A stretch of 36,229 nucleotides of DNA, taken from Armatimonadota bacterium. Its GTDB lineage: Bacteria > Armatimonadota > UBA5829 > DTLH01. The stretch spans positions 1 through 36,229 of the forward strand of contig JBDKSP010000062.1 of assembly GCA_039680575.1 (NCBI GenBank). The letters run 5' to 3'. This document shows positions 1 to 9,216 of this stretch, in pieces; position 1 is the first letter of the stretch, and every line of letters begins with the position of its first letter. Position numbers and translations under genes: made by a program. Under the pieces are notes generated by a model. That model had not been told where the DNA came from, did no database searches, and saw nothing but the letters and a program-made list of their open reading frames with translations.

Positions 1-11
1 TTCAGATACCA

Positions 12-177
12 CCTACAGAGTTTCAGGAGATAAAGTAACAGCCTTACAGCTATATAAACAGTTCTCTGATGTAGCTTTATCTGTTGATTTTACACTTATA
101 CCTGAAACTCTTCCGGAAGATTTTCGGAACAGACAATATATGATTGGCCGTTAATTAATCAGCCGAAAATCTATAGG
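12..177 (+). repeat. Copy A of dispersed two-hairpin element (CCTAC-stem1-TCCGGA-stem2-ATAGG)
   Basis: CCTAC 12-16; AGAGTTTCAGG 17-27 pairs with CCTGAAACTCT 101-111; TCCGGA 112-117; AGATTTTCGG 118-127 pairs with CCGAAAATCT 163-172; ATAGG 173-177. Near-identical arms at 32003-32070 (-) and 12035-12103 (-). Confidence 0.85.
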
Positions 178-354
178 AAGCAGTAAGGTCCATTTTGGAA
201 TTCCCTATTCTTTTCTATTTCCTGTCAGCTGTTCCCTATGCTACAATGCGGTTGGCTGAATGAAGTTAATCCAGGATTTTCGGATATTCTCTACAACTAA
301 TCGTATACCACTATAGCCAAAACTCTTCAGAAATTGATACAAAGGAGCTTAAGG

Positions 355-1617
355 ATGTTTCACAACCGGTTGATGACTTTTTTCGCCGTTGTTTTCCTCG
401 GAACGATAACCAGCACGCTCGCGTTCGGCGCACCAAAGCCGGTGCTGTCTGACGAGATGCTTACCGCCCGGACGAAGCTGATATATTCGAATCAGGACGA
501 GTACAAAGACAAAGTATACGGCGCTTGGTATGGCAAATTGATAGGTCTGATCCTTGGACAGCCTACCGAGGGATGGACAAAACAGCAAATCGAGGAAAAA
601 GCACGCAGGATAAACGCTTACCCAGTCACATACTACTTTCCTTCTAGCTTTGATAGCAGTCTGAAGGGCTTTCTTGCGGGCAATTTCGATGGGTCTCCAG
701 CAAATGATGATTCCGACCTGATGCTCACATCTCTCCTCGCCCTTCGGGAAAATGGGATAGGACTTACATCCAGAAATATCGCGGAGGCATGGGTCAAATA
801 TGTCAGGGGTGCATGTACTGCGGAAGGAATCGCGCTCGCTAACTTCAAGAAGGGTATCTGGCCTCCTGAATCTGCTGCAATTGATAACCCTTACGATGAG
901 TGGATCGGCGCACAGATGCGGGGCGAAATCTGGGGGATGATAGCGCCGGGAATGCCCAAGGTCGCAGCTCGTTACGCGGCTCTCGATGCGTCTATATCGC
1001 ATAACAGAAATGGAATCTATGGAGAGCAGTTTATATCTGCGGCATTGAGCGTCGCAATGGTAGAAAAATCACCGGAGAAGGTAATCAGAACAGCGCTCAC
1101 AGCCATACCTGATGACTGTGTCTACGCAAGCGCGATTAAAGACATCCTCAAATGGCACAAAGAGAATTTGGATTGGCAATCTGCCTGGGAACTGCTGGAC
1201 AAAAAATGGGGAGTCTTTGAAGACGGCTCGCGCACCCGCAAGTTCAAAGACGACAGATTCAATACAGACAAAGACCTGTATCAGTGGCCTGACCAAAAGT
1301 GGGTTGTTGCTGATGTAAACGGCGCAGCATGTACTCTCGCGCTTCTCTACGGAGAGGGTGATTTTTCCAGCAGCATCTGTATAGCGGCAATGTGTGGCTA
1401 TGATAATGACTGCAATTCAGGGACTGTGGGAGCTATCCTCGGTGCGATGCACGGCGAAAAAGCCATACCAGATCGATGGAAATCCCCTATCCGCGATATA
1501 TACCATTCCGGCCTCTGTCTGACGGAGCGCGACCTCAAGATAAGCAAGCTGGCAGAGGAAACCGCACGGTATGGACAACAGGTAATGGAAAAACAGAATA
1601 TTGGAAAGCATGACTGA
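355..1617 (+). CDS. ADP-ribosylglycohydrolase (DraG/ARH fold) family protein with N-terminal signal peptide
   Basis: GAWYGKLIGLILGQPTEG, NDDSD, EWIGAQMRGEIWG, GYDNDCNSGTVGAILG motifs; hydrophobic N-terminus ending in AFG-A; ATG 355 downstream of AAGGAG. Confidence 0.85.
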   Translation: MFHNRLMTFFAVVFLGTITSTLAFGAPKPVLSDEMLTARTKLIYSNQDEYKDKVYGAWYGKLIGLILGQPTEGWTKQQIEEKARRINAYPVTYYFPSSFDSSLKGFLAGNFDGSPANDDSDLMLTSLLALRENGIGLTSRNIAEAWVKYVRGACTAEGIALANFKKGIWPPESAAIDNPYDEWIGAQMRGEIWGMIAPGMPKVAARYAALDASISHNRNGIYGEQFISAALSVAMVEKSPEKVIRTALTAIPDDCVYASAIKDILKWHKENLDWQSAWELLDKKWGVFEDGSRTRKFKDDRFNTDKDLYQWPDQKWVVADVNGAACTLALLYGEGDFSSSICIAAMCGYDNDCNSGTVGAILGAMHGEKAIPDRWKSPIRDIYHSGLCLTERDLKISKLAEETARYGQQVMEKQNIGKHD

Positions 1618-1632
1618 TTCCTGCTCTTTTCC

Positions 1633-1661
1633 TTGACAGCATCATCTATACGTATTACCCT
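1633..1661 (+). promoter_or_regulatory. Putative sigma70 promoter of nikR
   Basis: TTGACA (1633-1638), 17 nt, TACCCT (1656-1661), upstream of the GGAGGAG RBS. Confidence 0.5.
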
Positions 1662-1689
1662 TCTTCTATATCGTGTTACCGGAGGAGTT

Positions 1690-2109
1690 ATGGAAACAGT
1701 AGAACGATTTGGAGTGTCTATGAGCCCTCGGCTTCTGGACAAATTCGATGAGCTGATTGCCAAGAAAGGATATGCGACGCGGTCTGAAGCACTCAGGGAT
1801 ATTATCCGTAATTACATCATCGAATCGCAGTGGGAATCGAGCGATACGGAGGTAGTCGGAACGTTGACAATCGTATACGAGCATTCAGCTCATGATTTAT
1901 CCGATACGCTGACAGACCTCCAACATCAGCACTATAAGGAGATCATCTGCACGACTCATGTACATATGGACGAACACAACTGCCTGGAAATCATAGTTAT
2001 GCGAGGCAGAAGCAAAGCGGTGCGAAGTATTTCCGATAGATTGATCAGTACAAAAGGGGTAAAACACGGTAAACTCGTCTGCTCGACGACGGGGAAGGAG
2101 TTATCTTGA
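1690..2109 (+). CDS. nikR: Nickel-responsive transcriptional regulator NikR
   Basis: RHH domain (ERFGVSM...GYATRSEALRDIIR) plus ACT domain with HVHMDEHNCLE Ni ligands; RBS GGAGGAG before ATG 1690. Confidence 0.95.
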   Translation: METVERFGVSMSPRLLDKFDELIAKKGYATRSEALRDIIRNYIIESQWESSDTEVVGTLTIVYEHSAHDLSDTLTDLQHQHYKEIICTTHVHMDEHNCLEIIVMRGRSKAVRSISDRLISTKGVKHGKLVCSTTGKELS

Positions 2110-2121
2110 TGTATTCGAAAA

Positions 2122-2160
2122 GCCAGCTTCGGCGCGCGTCCTTTTGCGTCCGAAGCCGGC
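2122..2160. terminator. GC-rich hairpin between convergent genes
   Basis: GCCAGCTTCGG (2122-2132) / CCGAAGCCGGC (2150-2160) inverted repeat. Confidence 0.55.
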
Positions 2161-2175
2161 CTATATCCATCCATT

Positions 2176-2451
2176 CTATTCTGCATTTCGCTGCTGAAAC
2201 TTTACTTCTATCCCATGCTCTCTAATCCAACGTCTGGCATCAGCATGCAGATCACTGAGTTCCTGCCGCAAGAGGATCATTTTATACATTCGAGCTTCCA
2301 GATCCTCGTCAGAGATATAATTGATCTCTTCCAGTTTTTCGGGGTTTCTTGCCTGAGCTTCTTCCCGGAGAAAGTCTCTGAGCGCATCGACATCACGCTT
2401 TTTAAGTATAGTCAACAGCCCTTTTATATAGGCTGAATCCGTATCGGGCAT
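2176..2451 (-). CDS. Small helical hypothetical protein (91 aa)
   Basis: GGAGGA RBS upstream of ATG; charged helical composition; fills the gap downstream of motB. Confidence 0.7.
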   Translation of the reverse strand: MPDTDSAYIKGLLTILKKRDVDALRDFLREEAQARNPEKLEEINYISDEDLEARMYKMILLRQELSDLHADARRWIREHGIEVKFQQRNAE

Positions 2452-2550
2452 AAGTTGTCCTCCGAAGTTGTAATTCTATATCAGTTATACCCTGCATCAT
2501 CACAATTATCGTAGCTAAACAAGCCTCGATGCAATTTGAAGGACTCTTCA

Positions 2551-3390
2551 CTATTGCTTAAGTGCCGCATCCTCCACTTTTTCGGAGGTAATATCCCTGG
2601 AATCCCTGAGTTTTTCAGGAAGCTCCTGGAACGGCAGGAGAATGCTTACACGGCGGTTGATAAAGCTGTCCTTATGGTTAGGATCACGCGGTATTCGATC
2701 CGCGTAGCCGCGGACTTCGACCATTTGACCGGAATGAAGACCGCTTGCTTCCATAACCCGCCTTGCAGCGTTTGCTCTTGCAGTGGAGAGTTCCCAGTTA
2801 GTCCATCCATTTGGCCCCTGGTACTGCCTGCTATCGGTATGACCTTCGATTATGACCTTATTCGGAAGATTCCCAAGTTCTTTGGCAATCAAGCCAAGAA
2901 GCTGCCTTGTGCGGGGCTTTGTCGCCGCGCTGCCGCTATCAAAGAACAGGTCCTGTGATGACTCAACCAGGTCTATCCGAAGCCCCTCGTTTACGATCTT
3001 TACATCGACACTCTTTGCAATGCCCTTAAACTCGGGGTATCTGGCAATAACATCATTGATTGCGGATTTAGCATGCTCGAATCTTTTCTTATCTTCCTTG
3101 ACAGACTCATCGGTCTTCTTCGCCATCTTCGTCAGCATGGAGTCGAGAGCGCCGCCCTGCCCCAGCGGGCTTTTACCACCCTCGACCGCTTTCATGAATC
3201 CTACCGGGTCTTTGAAATAACCGGCTACTGCGTTCTTCACAACTTGATCGAGTCCTACGATCCACATAACCAGGAAGAATGCCATCAATGCAGTCATAAA
3301 GTCCGCGTACGCGACCTTCCATGAGCCGCCATGATGCCCGCCATGCCCTTTCTTTACCTTCTTAACGATCCTCAGAGTTTCACTTGCCAT
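2551..3390 (-). CDS. motB: Flagellar motor stator protein MotB (OmpA-like peptidoglycan-binding domain)
   Basis: HGGSWKVAYADFMTALMAFFLVMW TM with conserved Asp; IEGHTD, NWELSTARANAARR, NRRVSI motifs. Confidence 0.95.
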   Translation of the reverse strand: MASETLRIVKKVKKGHGGHHGGSWKVAYADFMTALMAFFLVMWIVGLDQVVKNAVAGYFKDPVGFMKAVEGGKSPLGQGGALDSMLTKMAKKTDESVKEDKKRFEHAKSAINDVIARYPEFKGIAKSVDVKIVNEGLRIDLVESSQDLFFDSGSAATKPRTRQLLGLIAKELGNLPNKVIIEGHTDSRQYQGPNGWTNWELSTARANAARRVMEASGLHSGQMVEVRGYADRIPRDPNHKDSFINRRVSILLPFQELPEKLRDSRDITSEKVEDAALKQ

Positions 3391-3404
3391 ATTATTCTAT
3401 CCGG

Positions 3405-4295
3405 CTATGCCGCCTCCAACATATCTGCCGAGGATGTGGCAGCGCTTCTGCCCTTGACTACCCCTTCAACCTCCTGGAAGGTAGGCCTTACTTCCGGCTC
3501 TATGGTCCTGCGGGTGAATTCCGCAACCAGAAGCGGCGACATTCCCTGAGCGAACGCGATTATCCCTGTTTTCAAGCAGTTCAGATAACTGACTCCGGCT
3601 TCAGCGCGTGTTTCCATTGCAGCCGCGATCGGCCCTACAACACCGTAAGACAAAAGAATACCGAGGAAAGTCCCTACGAGCGCTGCGCCGACCTTTTCAC
3701 CTACCTGCTCTGGAGGACCGCCAATTGCCTGCATTGTGACCACAACCCCAAGGACTGCCGCGACAATTCCGAAACCCGGTAATGCATCGGCTGTCTTAGT
3801 CAACTGCGCAGGGTTCTTTTTGACTTCTTCGGAATAGATTTCAATATCCCCGTCCATCATCTCCTGCAACTCATAGGTCCCTACTCCACCCATAACTACA
3901 AGCCTCAAGCTATCGCAGAGGAATGACAGAGCGTGGTGGTTCTTCGCAAATGTTGGATATCTTTCAAACATTTCACTTGATTCCGGGTACTCGACGTGAG
4001 ATTCCAGTGCGAGAAGTCCGTCACGCCTTGCCAGGTTGCTTATCTCATGCAATAGTTGCAGAAGCTCCAGATATGCATCATGGTTGAATGGATCAGGCTT
4101 GAGCAGAGCGATAGCCTCTTTGAAGATCGCCATTACACGCTTGATCGATGTAGACGCAATCATACTGCTGAATGCAGCGCCGCCAATGATAATGAATTCG
4201 GAAATCTGCATCAGCGCGGCGAGCTTTCCGCCATGCATGGTGTAGCCGACTACAATTGACGCTGTTAGAGCAATTATTCCAACTATAACAAACAA
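3405..4295 (-). CDS. motA: Flagellar motor stator protein MotA
   Basis: ARRDGLLALESHVE, ADALPGFGIVAAVLGVV, GAALVGTFLGILLSYG, RPTFQEVE motifs; TTG start. Confidence 0.95.
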   Translation of the reverse strand: MFVIVGIIALTASIVVGYTMHGGKLAALMQISEFIIIGGAAFSSMIASTSIKRVMAIFKEAIALLKPDPFNHDAYLELLQLLHEISNLARRDGLLALESHVEYPESSEMFERYPTFAKNHHALSFLCDSLRLVVMGGVGTYELQEMMDGDIEIYSEEVKKNPAQLTKTADALPGFGIVAAVLGVVVTMQAIGGPPEQVGEKVGAALVGTFLGILLSYGVVGPIAAAMETRAEAGVSYLNCLKTGIIAFAQGMSPLLVAEFTRRTIEPEVRPTFQEVEGVVKGRSAATSSADMLEAA

Positions 4296-4591
4296 TAGAC
4301 GCCCTTTCGATTATAAAAAGTAGGCCAGTATCCTTACCTTCACACTCATAATTCTGGCACTTTACCAGGGTGGACTCAGGCTAATGTGAGCGTATTGTGA
4401 AAAACCGGCATTTCTACGGGGAACTCCTTGCAAGCATTTTGAATACCAGTAATTGTCCATCCGGCAAGCTGGGTTTTAATATTCGCTAATGTGTTATAAT
4501 GACCTACAACATTTTATGTGATGACCCTGCAGGTTTGGCAATCAGCCGCCAATGGGAAAGCTCTTCTTCAGCACATATTAAGAGGCAAGTT

Positions 4592-7378
4592 ATGTCAAAA
4601 TTCAACTGGGTATTGGTAATAATAGCCGCGCTGCTCCTTTTTTTCGGAAGCACGATTATAAGACTATACACGGATTCTCTGTGGTTTGCAGACCTCGGCT
4701 ATTCTGTCGTGTTTTCTACGCTGCTCTGGACTAAGCTGGCCATGACCGCCATTTTTGCAGCCCTATTCTTCGCCATAATCTACACAAACATCTGGATTGC
4801 GAAACGGCTTGCGCCACCCGCTACTGCGAGATATTCCGGGATTGGAGATGAACTCCGCGATCGGTTCAGTATCATGGCGCGGCGCGGGCTCAATATACTG
4901 ATTATCGTCGGCTCCATAGTCGTCTCGTTGATATTCGGCCTTCAGGCAGCCGCTCATGCCGTTGATTGGCTCAAATTCGCCAATGCGACGCCGTTTGGTG
5001 TGAATGACCCGGTCTTCAGCCGTGATATAGGGTTCTATGTGTTCAAACTACCGTTTATCAATTACTTATATGGCTGGTCCTTTGCCGCGGTCCTGATATC
5101 CGGGATCGCGGTAGCGCTGCTTCATTATGCCAACAAAGGAATCGATTTTATTGCAAACTCACCGAGATTTTCACCAGGAGTCAAGTCACATCTTGCAATA
5201 TTGCTGGCCATCCTGTTCTTCTTGAGAGCATTCGGTTACTGGCTGGCAAGGTTCAGCCTGGTAAACACACCCGGATCACTTTTCTACGGAGCAGGATACA
5301 CGGATGCAACTGCGCGCCTCCTGGCTTATTCCATCCTTATAGTAGCGACAGTCATCGGCGGTATTCTGGTGCTGGTCAATATATACCGTCGCGGAATCTT
5401 GCTTGCGGTGGGCGCTTTCGCAGGCGTCATTGCCGTGTCGATACTTGTCGGAGCAATATACCCAGGCATTATTGAGGGAATCAGGGTTAAGCCGAACCAG
5501 CTCGAAAAGCAGACTCCTTACATCAGGAGTGCTATAAAAGCCACCAGGATGGCTTTTAACGTCGATCAGATCTCTGCCAAACCGTTCGCATACCAGGATA
5601 ATCTGACAGCGCAGCAGATTGCCAACAATCAGGCCGCCGTTCAGAACCTTCGGCTATGGAATTACGAACCGCTGAAGCGGGTGTATAACCAGATTCAAGT
5701 TTTTCAGCAATACTATGACTTTGGCGACGTAGATATAGACAGATATACAATCGATGGGAATTACAGGCAGGTGATGCTCTCCGCGAGAGAGCTATCAGGT
5801 CTGCCTGAGCGGTCACAGACCTGGGTAAACCAGCACTTACGCTACACACACGGCTACGCCTACGCTATGAGCCCTGTTAATATAGTGACCGGCGAAGGAA
5901 TGCCCGTCTATTATGTCGAGGGAATTCCCCCCACGGTAAGGGGCGGGCTGAAGCTCGATGTTCCCCAGATCTATTTCGGCGAGCAGACTAATTGGCCTGT
6001 TTTCGTAGATACGAAGCAAAAAGAGTTCGATTATCCCATTGGGGGAGAAGAGCACGTAAATACATATACCGAGAACAACGGTCCCAGACTTGGCTCATTT
6101 TTCAGGAAACTCGCGTTTGCCATACGTCTTTCGGACTTCAACATGCTGCTTTCGAACGACGTCAAACCAAGCAGCCGCGTGCTCTACCGAAGAAATATAA
6201 TAGAACGCGCACAGGCGCTCTTCCCGTTCCTTATGCTGGATAACGATCCCTATCTGGTTACGGTCAATGGCAGGATGTACTGGTTCCAGGATGCCTACAC
6301 GATAACCGACAAATATCCGTATTCTGAACCGATCAGTATGGGATTCCGCAACGGCGAATCCGAGATCAACTACATACGAAACTCGGTAAAGCTAATCACT
6401 GATGCTTACACCGGCAAAGTCGAGGCGTTCGTTTCCGACCCGAAGGACCCAATTATCCGAACTTATCAACGCATCTTCCCGGGTATATTGAAGCCGATGG
6501 ACAATATGCCCAGAGAATACAGGGCTCATATCAGATATCCGGAGGACCTTTTCAAGGCGCAGGCACACGTCTACGCAAAATACCACGTGACTGATCCCTC
6601 CACATTCTATAGCGGCACCGATCTTTGGCAGCTTCCGACTATGGCGAACAACAGCGATGGTTCCGACACAAGCGTTGTCGAACCATATTACGTTATAACG
6701 AGGCTTCCGGAATCAACAAAGGACGAATTTCTTCTTATCGTTCCTCTTATCCGTGCAAGCAGGAAAAACATGGTCGCCTGGATGTCAGCAAGGTGCGACA
6801 CACCGAACTACGGCCAATTGATCGTGTATCGTTTCCCAAGCGGGGAAAGGGTCGATGGCCCAAGCCAAGTCAAGGGAAGAATCGATTCGAATACCGAGAT
6901 ATCCCAACAGTTGACGCTGTGGGGCCAGTTGGGGTCATCGGTTGTTCGGGGCGATCTTCTTGCAATTCCGATAGAAAACTCCGTGCTCTACATAGAACCG
7001 CTTTATCTGGAATCTACAACAACACAAATCCCTGAGTTCAAGCGGGTCATAGTCGCGCTTGGCGACCGGATCGCTATGGAAGAGACCCTCGAGCAGGCAA
7101 TGGCGAAAGTAGTGGGCGTAAGCGCCCTGCCTACCGTTGCGGCAGCAGAACATCACATAGTGGGCTCCGTAAAACCGGGGGCAACCGTACCACAACCAGC
7201 GCCGACTCCCACGGCTCCGTCACCGGCACTCAACGAAGTCCGCGCACTGGCGCAGCAGGCACGAGAGCAATATCAACGGGCACAGGAACTGCAGAGAAAA
7301 GGCGACTGGGCCGGTTACGGAAAAGAGCTGAAAGCGCTCGAAAAGACGCTGAATGAACTTGAACGGCGGACCGAGTAA
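4592..7378 (+). CDS. UPF0182 family membrane protein
   Basis: YTDSLWF, DPVFSRDIGFYVFKLP, NLRLWNYEPL, YTHGY, NYIRNSVK, RYPEDLF, EPYY motifs; multi-TM N-terminus; ATG 4592 after AGAGG. Confidence 0.93.
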   Translation: MSKFNWVLVIIAALLLFFGSTIIRLYTDSLWFADLGYSVVFSTLLWTKLAMTAIFAALFFAIIYTNIWIAKRLAPPATARYSGIGDELRDRFSIMARRGLNILIIVGSIVVSLIFGLQAAAHAVDWLKFANATPFGVNDPVFSRDIGFYVFKLPFINYLYGWSFAAVLISGIAVALLHYANKGIDFIANSPRFSPGVKSHLAILLAILFFLRAFGYWLARFSLVNTPGSLFYGAGYTDATARLLAYSILIVATVIGGILVLVNIYRRGILLAVGAFAGVIAVSILVGAIYPGIIEGIRVKPNQLEKQTPYIRSAIKATRMAFNVDQISAKPFAYQDNLTAQQIANNQAAVQNLRLWNYEPLKRVYNQIQVFQQYYDFGDVDIDRYTIDGNYRQVMLSARELSGLPERSQTWVNQHLRYTHGYAYAMSPVNIVTGEGMPVYYVEGIPPTVRGGLKLDVPQIYFGEQTNWPVFVDTKQKEFDYPIGGEEHVNTYTENNGPRLGSFFRKLAFAIRLSDFNMLLSNDVKPSSRVLYRRNIIERAQALFPFLMLDNDPYLVTVNGRMYWFQDAYTITDKYPYSEPISMGFRNGESEINYIRNSVKLITDAYTGKVEAFVSDPKDPIIRTYQRIFPGILKPMDNMPREYRAHIRYPEDLFKAQAHVYAKYHVTDPSTFYSGTDLWQLPTMANNSDGSDTSVVEPYYVITRLPESTKDEFLLIVPLIRASRKNMVAWMSARCDTPNYGQLIVYRFPSGERVDGPSQVKGRIDSNTEISQQLTLWGQLGSSVVRGDLLAIPIENSVLYIEPLYLESTTTQIPEFKRVIVALGDRIAMEETLEQAMAKVVGVSALPTVAAAEHHIVGSVKPGATVPQPAPTPTAPSPALNEVRALAQQAREQYQRAQELQRKGDWAGYGKELKALEKTLNELERRTE

Positions 7379-7394
7379 GTTTTGGGGAACAGGC

Positions 7395-7461
7395 ATGGCC
7401 GGGCTCCGTCCCGGCCATCTCCCCCGTAGACCTACCGGACCACGGGGAGCACCGAAGGTGC
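7395..7461. terminator. Cluster of GC-rich hairpins between convergent genes
   Basis: ATGGCCGGG/CCCGGCCAT, CTCCCC...GGGGAG and GCACC-GAA-GGTGC stems. Confidence 0.55.
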
Positions 7462-7469
7462 CAGGAATA

Positions 7470-7507
7470 CCCCTCATCCCAACCTTCTCCCGCAAGGGGA
7501 GAAGGAG
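7470..7507 (+). repeat. BoxC/PIT-like pyrimidine-tail plus hairpin extragenic repeat
   Basis: CCCCTCATCCCAA followed by CCTTCTCCC-GCAAG-GGGAGAAGG; matches the architecture of the widespread CCCTCACCCTAACCCTCTCCC...GGGAGAGG elements. Confidence 0.7.
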
Positions 7508-7542
7508 CAGGCTGTGCAGATTTATTGCTTCGGACTGCTTTC

Positions 7543-8553
7543 CTAATTCACCACATTCTGCGGAGTTCCGGCTCTAAACGACCTGATGTTATTGATTGTC
7601 GTCTGCATGATCCGCGCTTCGGCTTCCAGACTGTAGAACCCGATGTGCTGCGTTATTATCACGTTATCCCGGTGAAGAAGCGCGTAGTTCTGGACCATCG
7701 TTCTCAACTTCTCGACCGGCAGGGTTTCGGCAATGAGCTGCGCTTCTTCCTTAATCTCCTCTTCGCCTTCCAGGACATCGAGACCGGCTCCATATATTAT
7801 GCCCTCATTTAGAGCGGTAACCAGAGCGCTCGTATCGACGATTGACCCTCTTGCCGTGTTTATCAATATTGCGCCCGGCTTGATCAGTTTTATGGTATCG
7901 TGATTGATCATATGTTGAGTAGCTGGTATAAGCGGCACATGGAGTGTAATTACATCCGATTTCGAAAGGAGTTCCTCGAAAGAAACATAATGGTAACCCA
8001 GTACTTCAGCCAGAAGCTGCTGTTCTTTTGTATCATAAGCAAGGACGTTCATTCCAAAGCCCTTCCCTATCCTTATGACATGCATCCCTATCGCCCCCGC
8101 GCCGACGACACCTAAGGTTTTCCCATAAAGATCGAACCCCCTGAGCCCTTCCGTCGAAAAATCCATTCTCGAAGTTCTTAATACGGCCTGGTATATCTTT
8201 CTTGACAGCGCCAGAATCAGCCCGAATGCATGCTCCGCGACGGTATTCTCGCCGTAACGCGGCACATTTGCAACCAATATCCCGCGCTCCCTACACGCTT
8301 CCATGTCGATGTGATCAAAACCAGTAGAGCGTGTAGCTATCAGCTTCAGGTTCGGCATCGCGTCGAGCACTTCACGTGTTATATTGGAGTAGATGAATAC
8401 AGATATGATCTCCGCATCTCCCGCCATCGCAGCGGATTTCACATGCAATGGCTCACGAAACACATCTACGCGTTCTATCAACTCCTGACGCTTCAGGTAG
8501 TCGATACCCCACTCTTCCATCTCGAAAAATACAGCTTTTCCATACTTTGTCAA
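7543..8553 (-). CDS. D-isomer-specific 2-hydroxyacid dehydrogenase (D-lactate dehydrogenase-like)
   Basis: ATRSTGFDHID, VAEHAFGL, GVVGAGAIG Rossmann motif, INTARG, LDVLEGE, TQHIGFYS. Confidence 0.9.
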   Translation of the reverse strand: MTKYGKAVFFEMEEWGIDYLKRQELIERVDVFREPLHVKSAAMAGDAEIISVFIYSNITREVLDAMPNLKLIATRSTGFDHIDMEACRERGILVANVPRYGENTVAEHAFGLILALSRKIYQAVLRTSRMDFSTEGLRGFDLYGKTLGVVGAGAIGMHVIRIGKGFGMNVLAYDTKEQQLLAEVLGYHYVSFEELLSKSDVITLHVPLIPATQHMINHDTIKLIKPGAILINTARGSIVDTSALVTALNEGIIYGAGLDVLEGEEEIKEEAQLIAETLPVEKLRTMVQNYALLHRDNVIITQHIGFYSLEAEARIMQTTINNIRSFRAGTPQNVVN

Positions 8554-8561
8554 TTGTATAC

Positions 8562-9149
8562 CTATTTTTTACCACGTTCGGATTTACCGCCTTTGGTGCC
8601 GGTCATCTGTTCCTCTTCTGTTTCAACTGGAATGCGTTTCATCCGTTCTTTCGCCTGTTCTGTCTTGGGAAGAGTAATTTCGAGCACACCGTTTTTGAAA
8701 GCAGCTTTTGCCTGATCCGGCTTTACGTTTGCCGGCAGATCGATAGTCCTTTCGAACCTGCCATAACGCCGTTCAGCCCGGTAATACCCTCTTTCCCTTG
8801 CTTCTTCTTCCTTCTTGCTCTCAGCTCGGATCGACAGGCTGTCATCAGTAGTATATATTTCGAGGTTTTCCGGCTCTATACCAGGAAGATCTGCCCTGAC
8901 TTTGACATCCTGGTCGGTCTCCCATACATCTACTGCCGGAATCATGGACCTTATGCGCTCAAACGGCGAGACCATCATAGATGGGAATCCAAACTCAGAG
9001 AACATTCGGTCCATCTCGTCGCGGAACTTTCGCATCAACTGAAACGGCGATTCAAAGAACGATTCCTCGGATGGCCTGATGCCTCTCTCTTCACTTCTCA
9101 CGGGCAATTTCTGCCCTTCTTCATGTGTTGATCGTTTTTCCTCAGCCAT
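8562..9149 (-). CDS. Small heat shock protein, Hsp20/alpha-crystallin family
   Basis: PAVDVWET, ADLPGI, ERRYGRFERTIDLP, AAFKNGVLEITLPK, C-terminal IPV motif; GGAGGAG RBS. Confidence 0.95.
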   Translation of the reverse strand: MAEEKRSTHEEGQKLPVRSEERGIRPSEESFFESPFQLMRKFRDEMDRMFSEFGFPSMMVSPFERIRSMIPAVDVWETDQDVKVRADLPGIEPENLEIYTTDDSLSIRAESKKEEEARERGYYRAERRYGRFERTIDLPANVKPDQAKAAFKNGVLEITLPKTEQAKERMKRIPVETEEEQMTGTKGGKSERGKK

Positions 9150-9190
9150 AGCCTTATCTCCTCCTGAAAAAATTGCTGTCGCCGTCTAAT

Positions 9191-9216
9191 CTACCCATCA
9201 ACTGACGGCAGCAAAC
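9191..9216 (-). promoter_or_regulatory. SigB-like promoter of the hsp20-dehydrogenase operon
   Basis: Minus strand GTTT-gctgccgtcagttgat(16 nt)-GGGTAG, about 40 nt upstream of the hsp20 start. Confidence 0.6.

Noticed and set aside
112..188. SRP RNA helix 8 (TCCGGAAG...AGGAAGCAG)
   Set aside because: The motifs are about 55 nt apart and the GUCAGG partner strand is absent.
270..285. Additional copy of the hairpin element (TCCAGGATTTTCGG)
   Set aside because: Only a short degenerate match with no complementary arm.
2486..2520. Fourth SigB-like promoter upstream of the 91-aa gene
   Set aside because: GTTT to GGGTAT spacing is 24 nt, not 16.
2551..4295. motAB as a Zorya (zorAB) defence system
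   Set aside because: MotA is normal length with flagellar stator motifs and no long cytoplasmic tail; no zorC/D/E-like neighbours.
4335..4440. Sigma28 or sigma54 promoter for motA
   Set aside because: Only weak partial matches (GCCAGAAT; TGGCAC on the wrong strand without TTGC).
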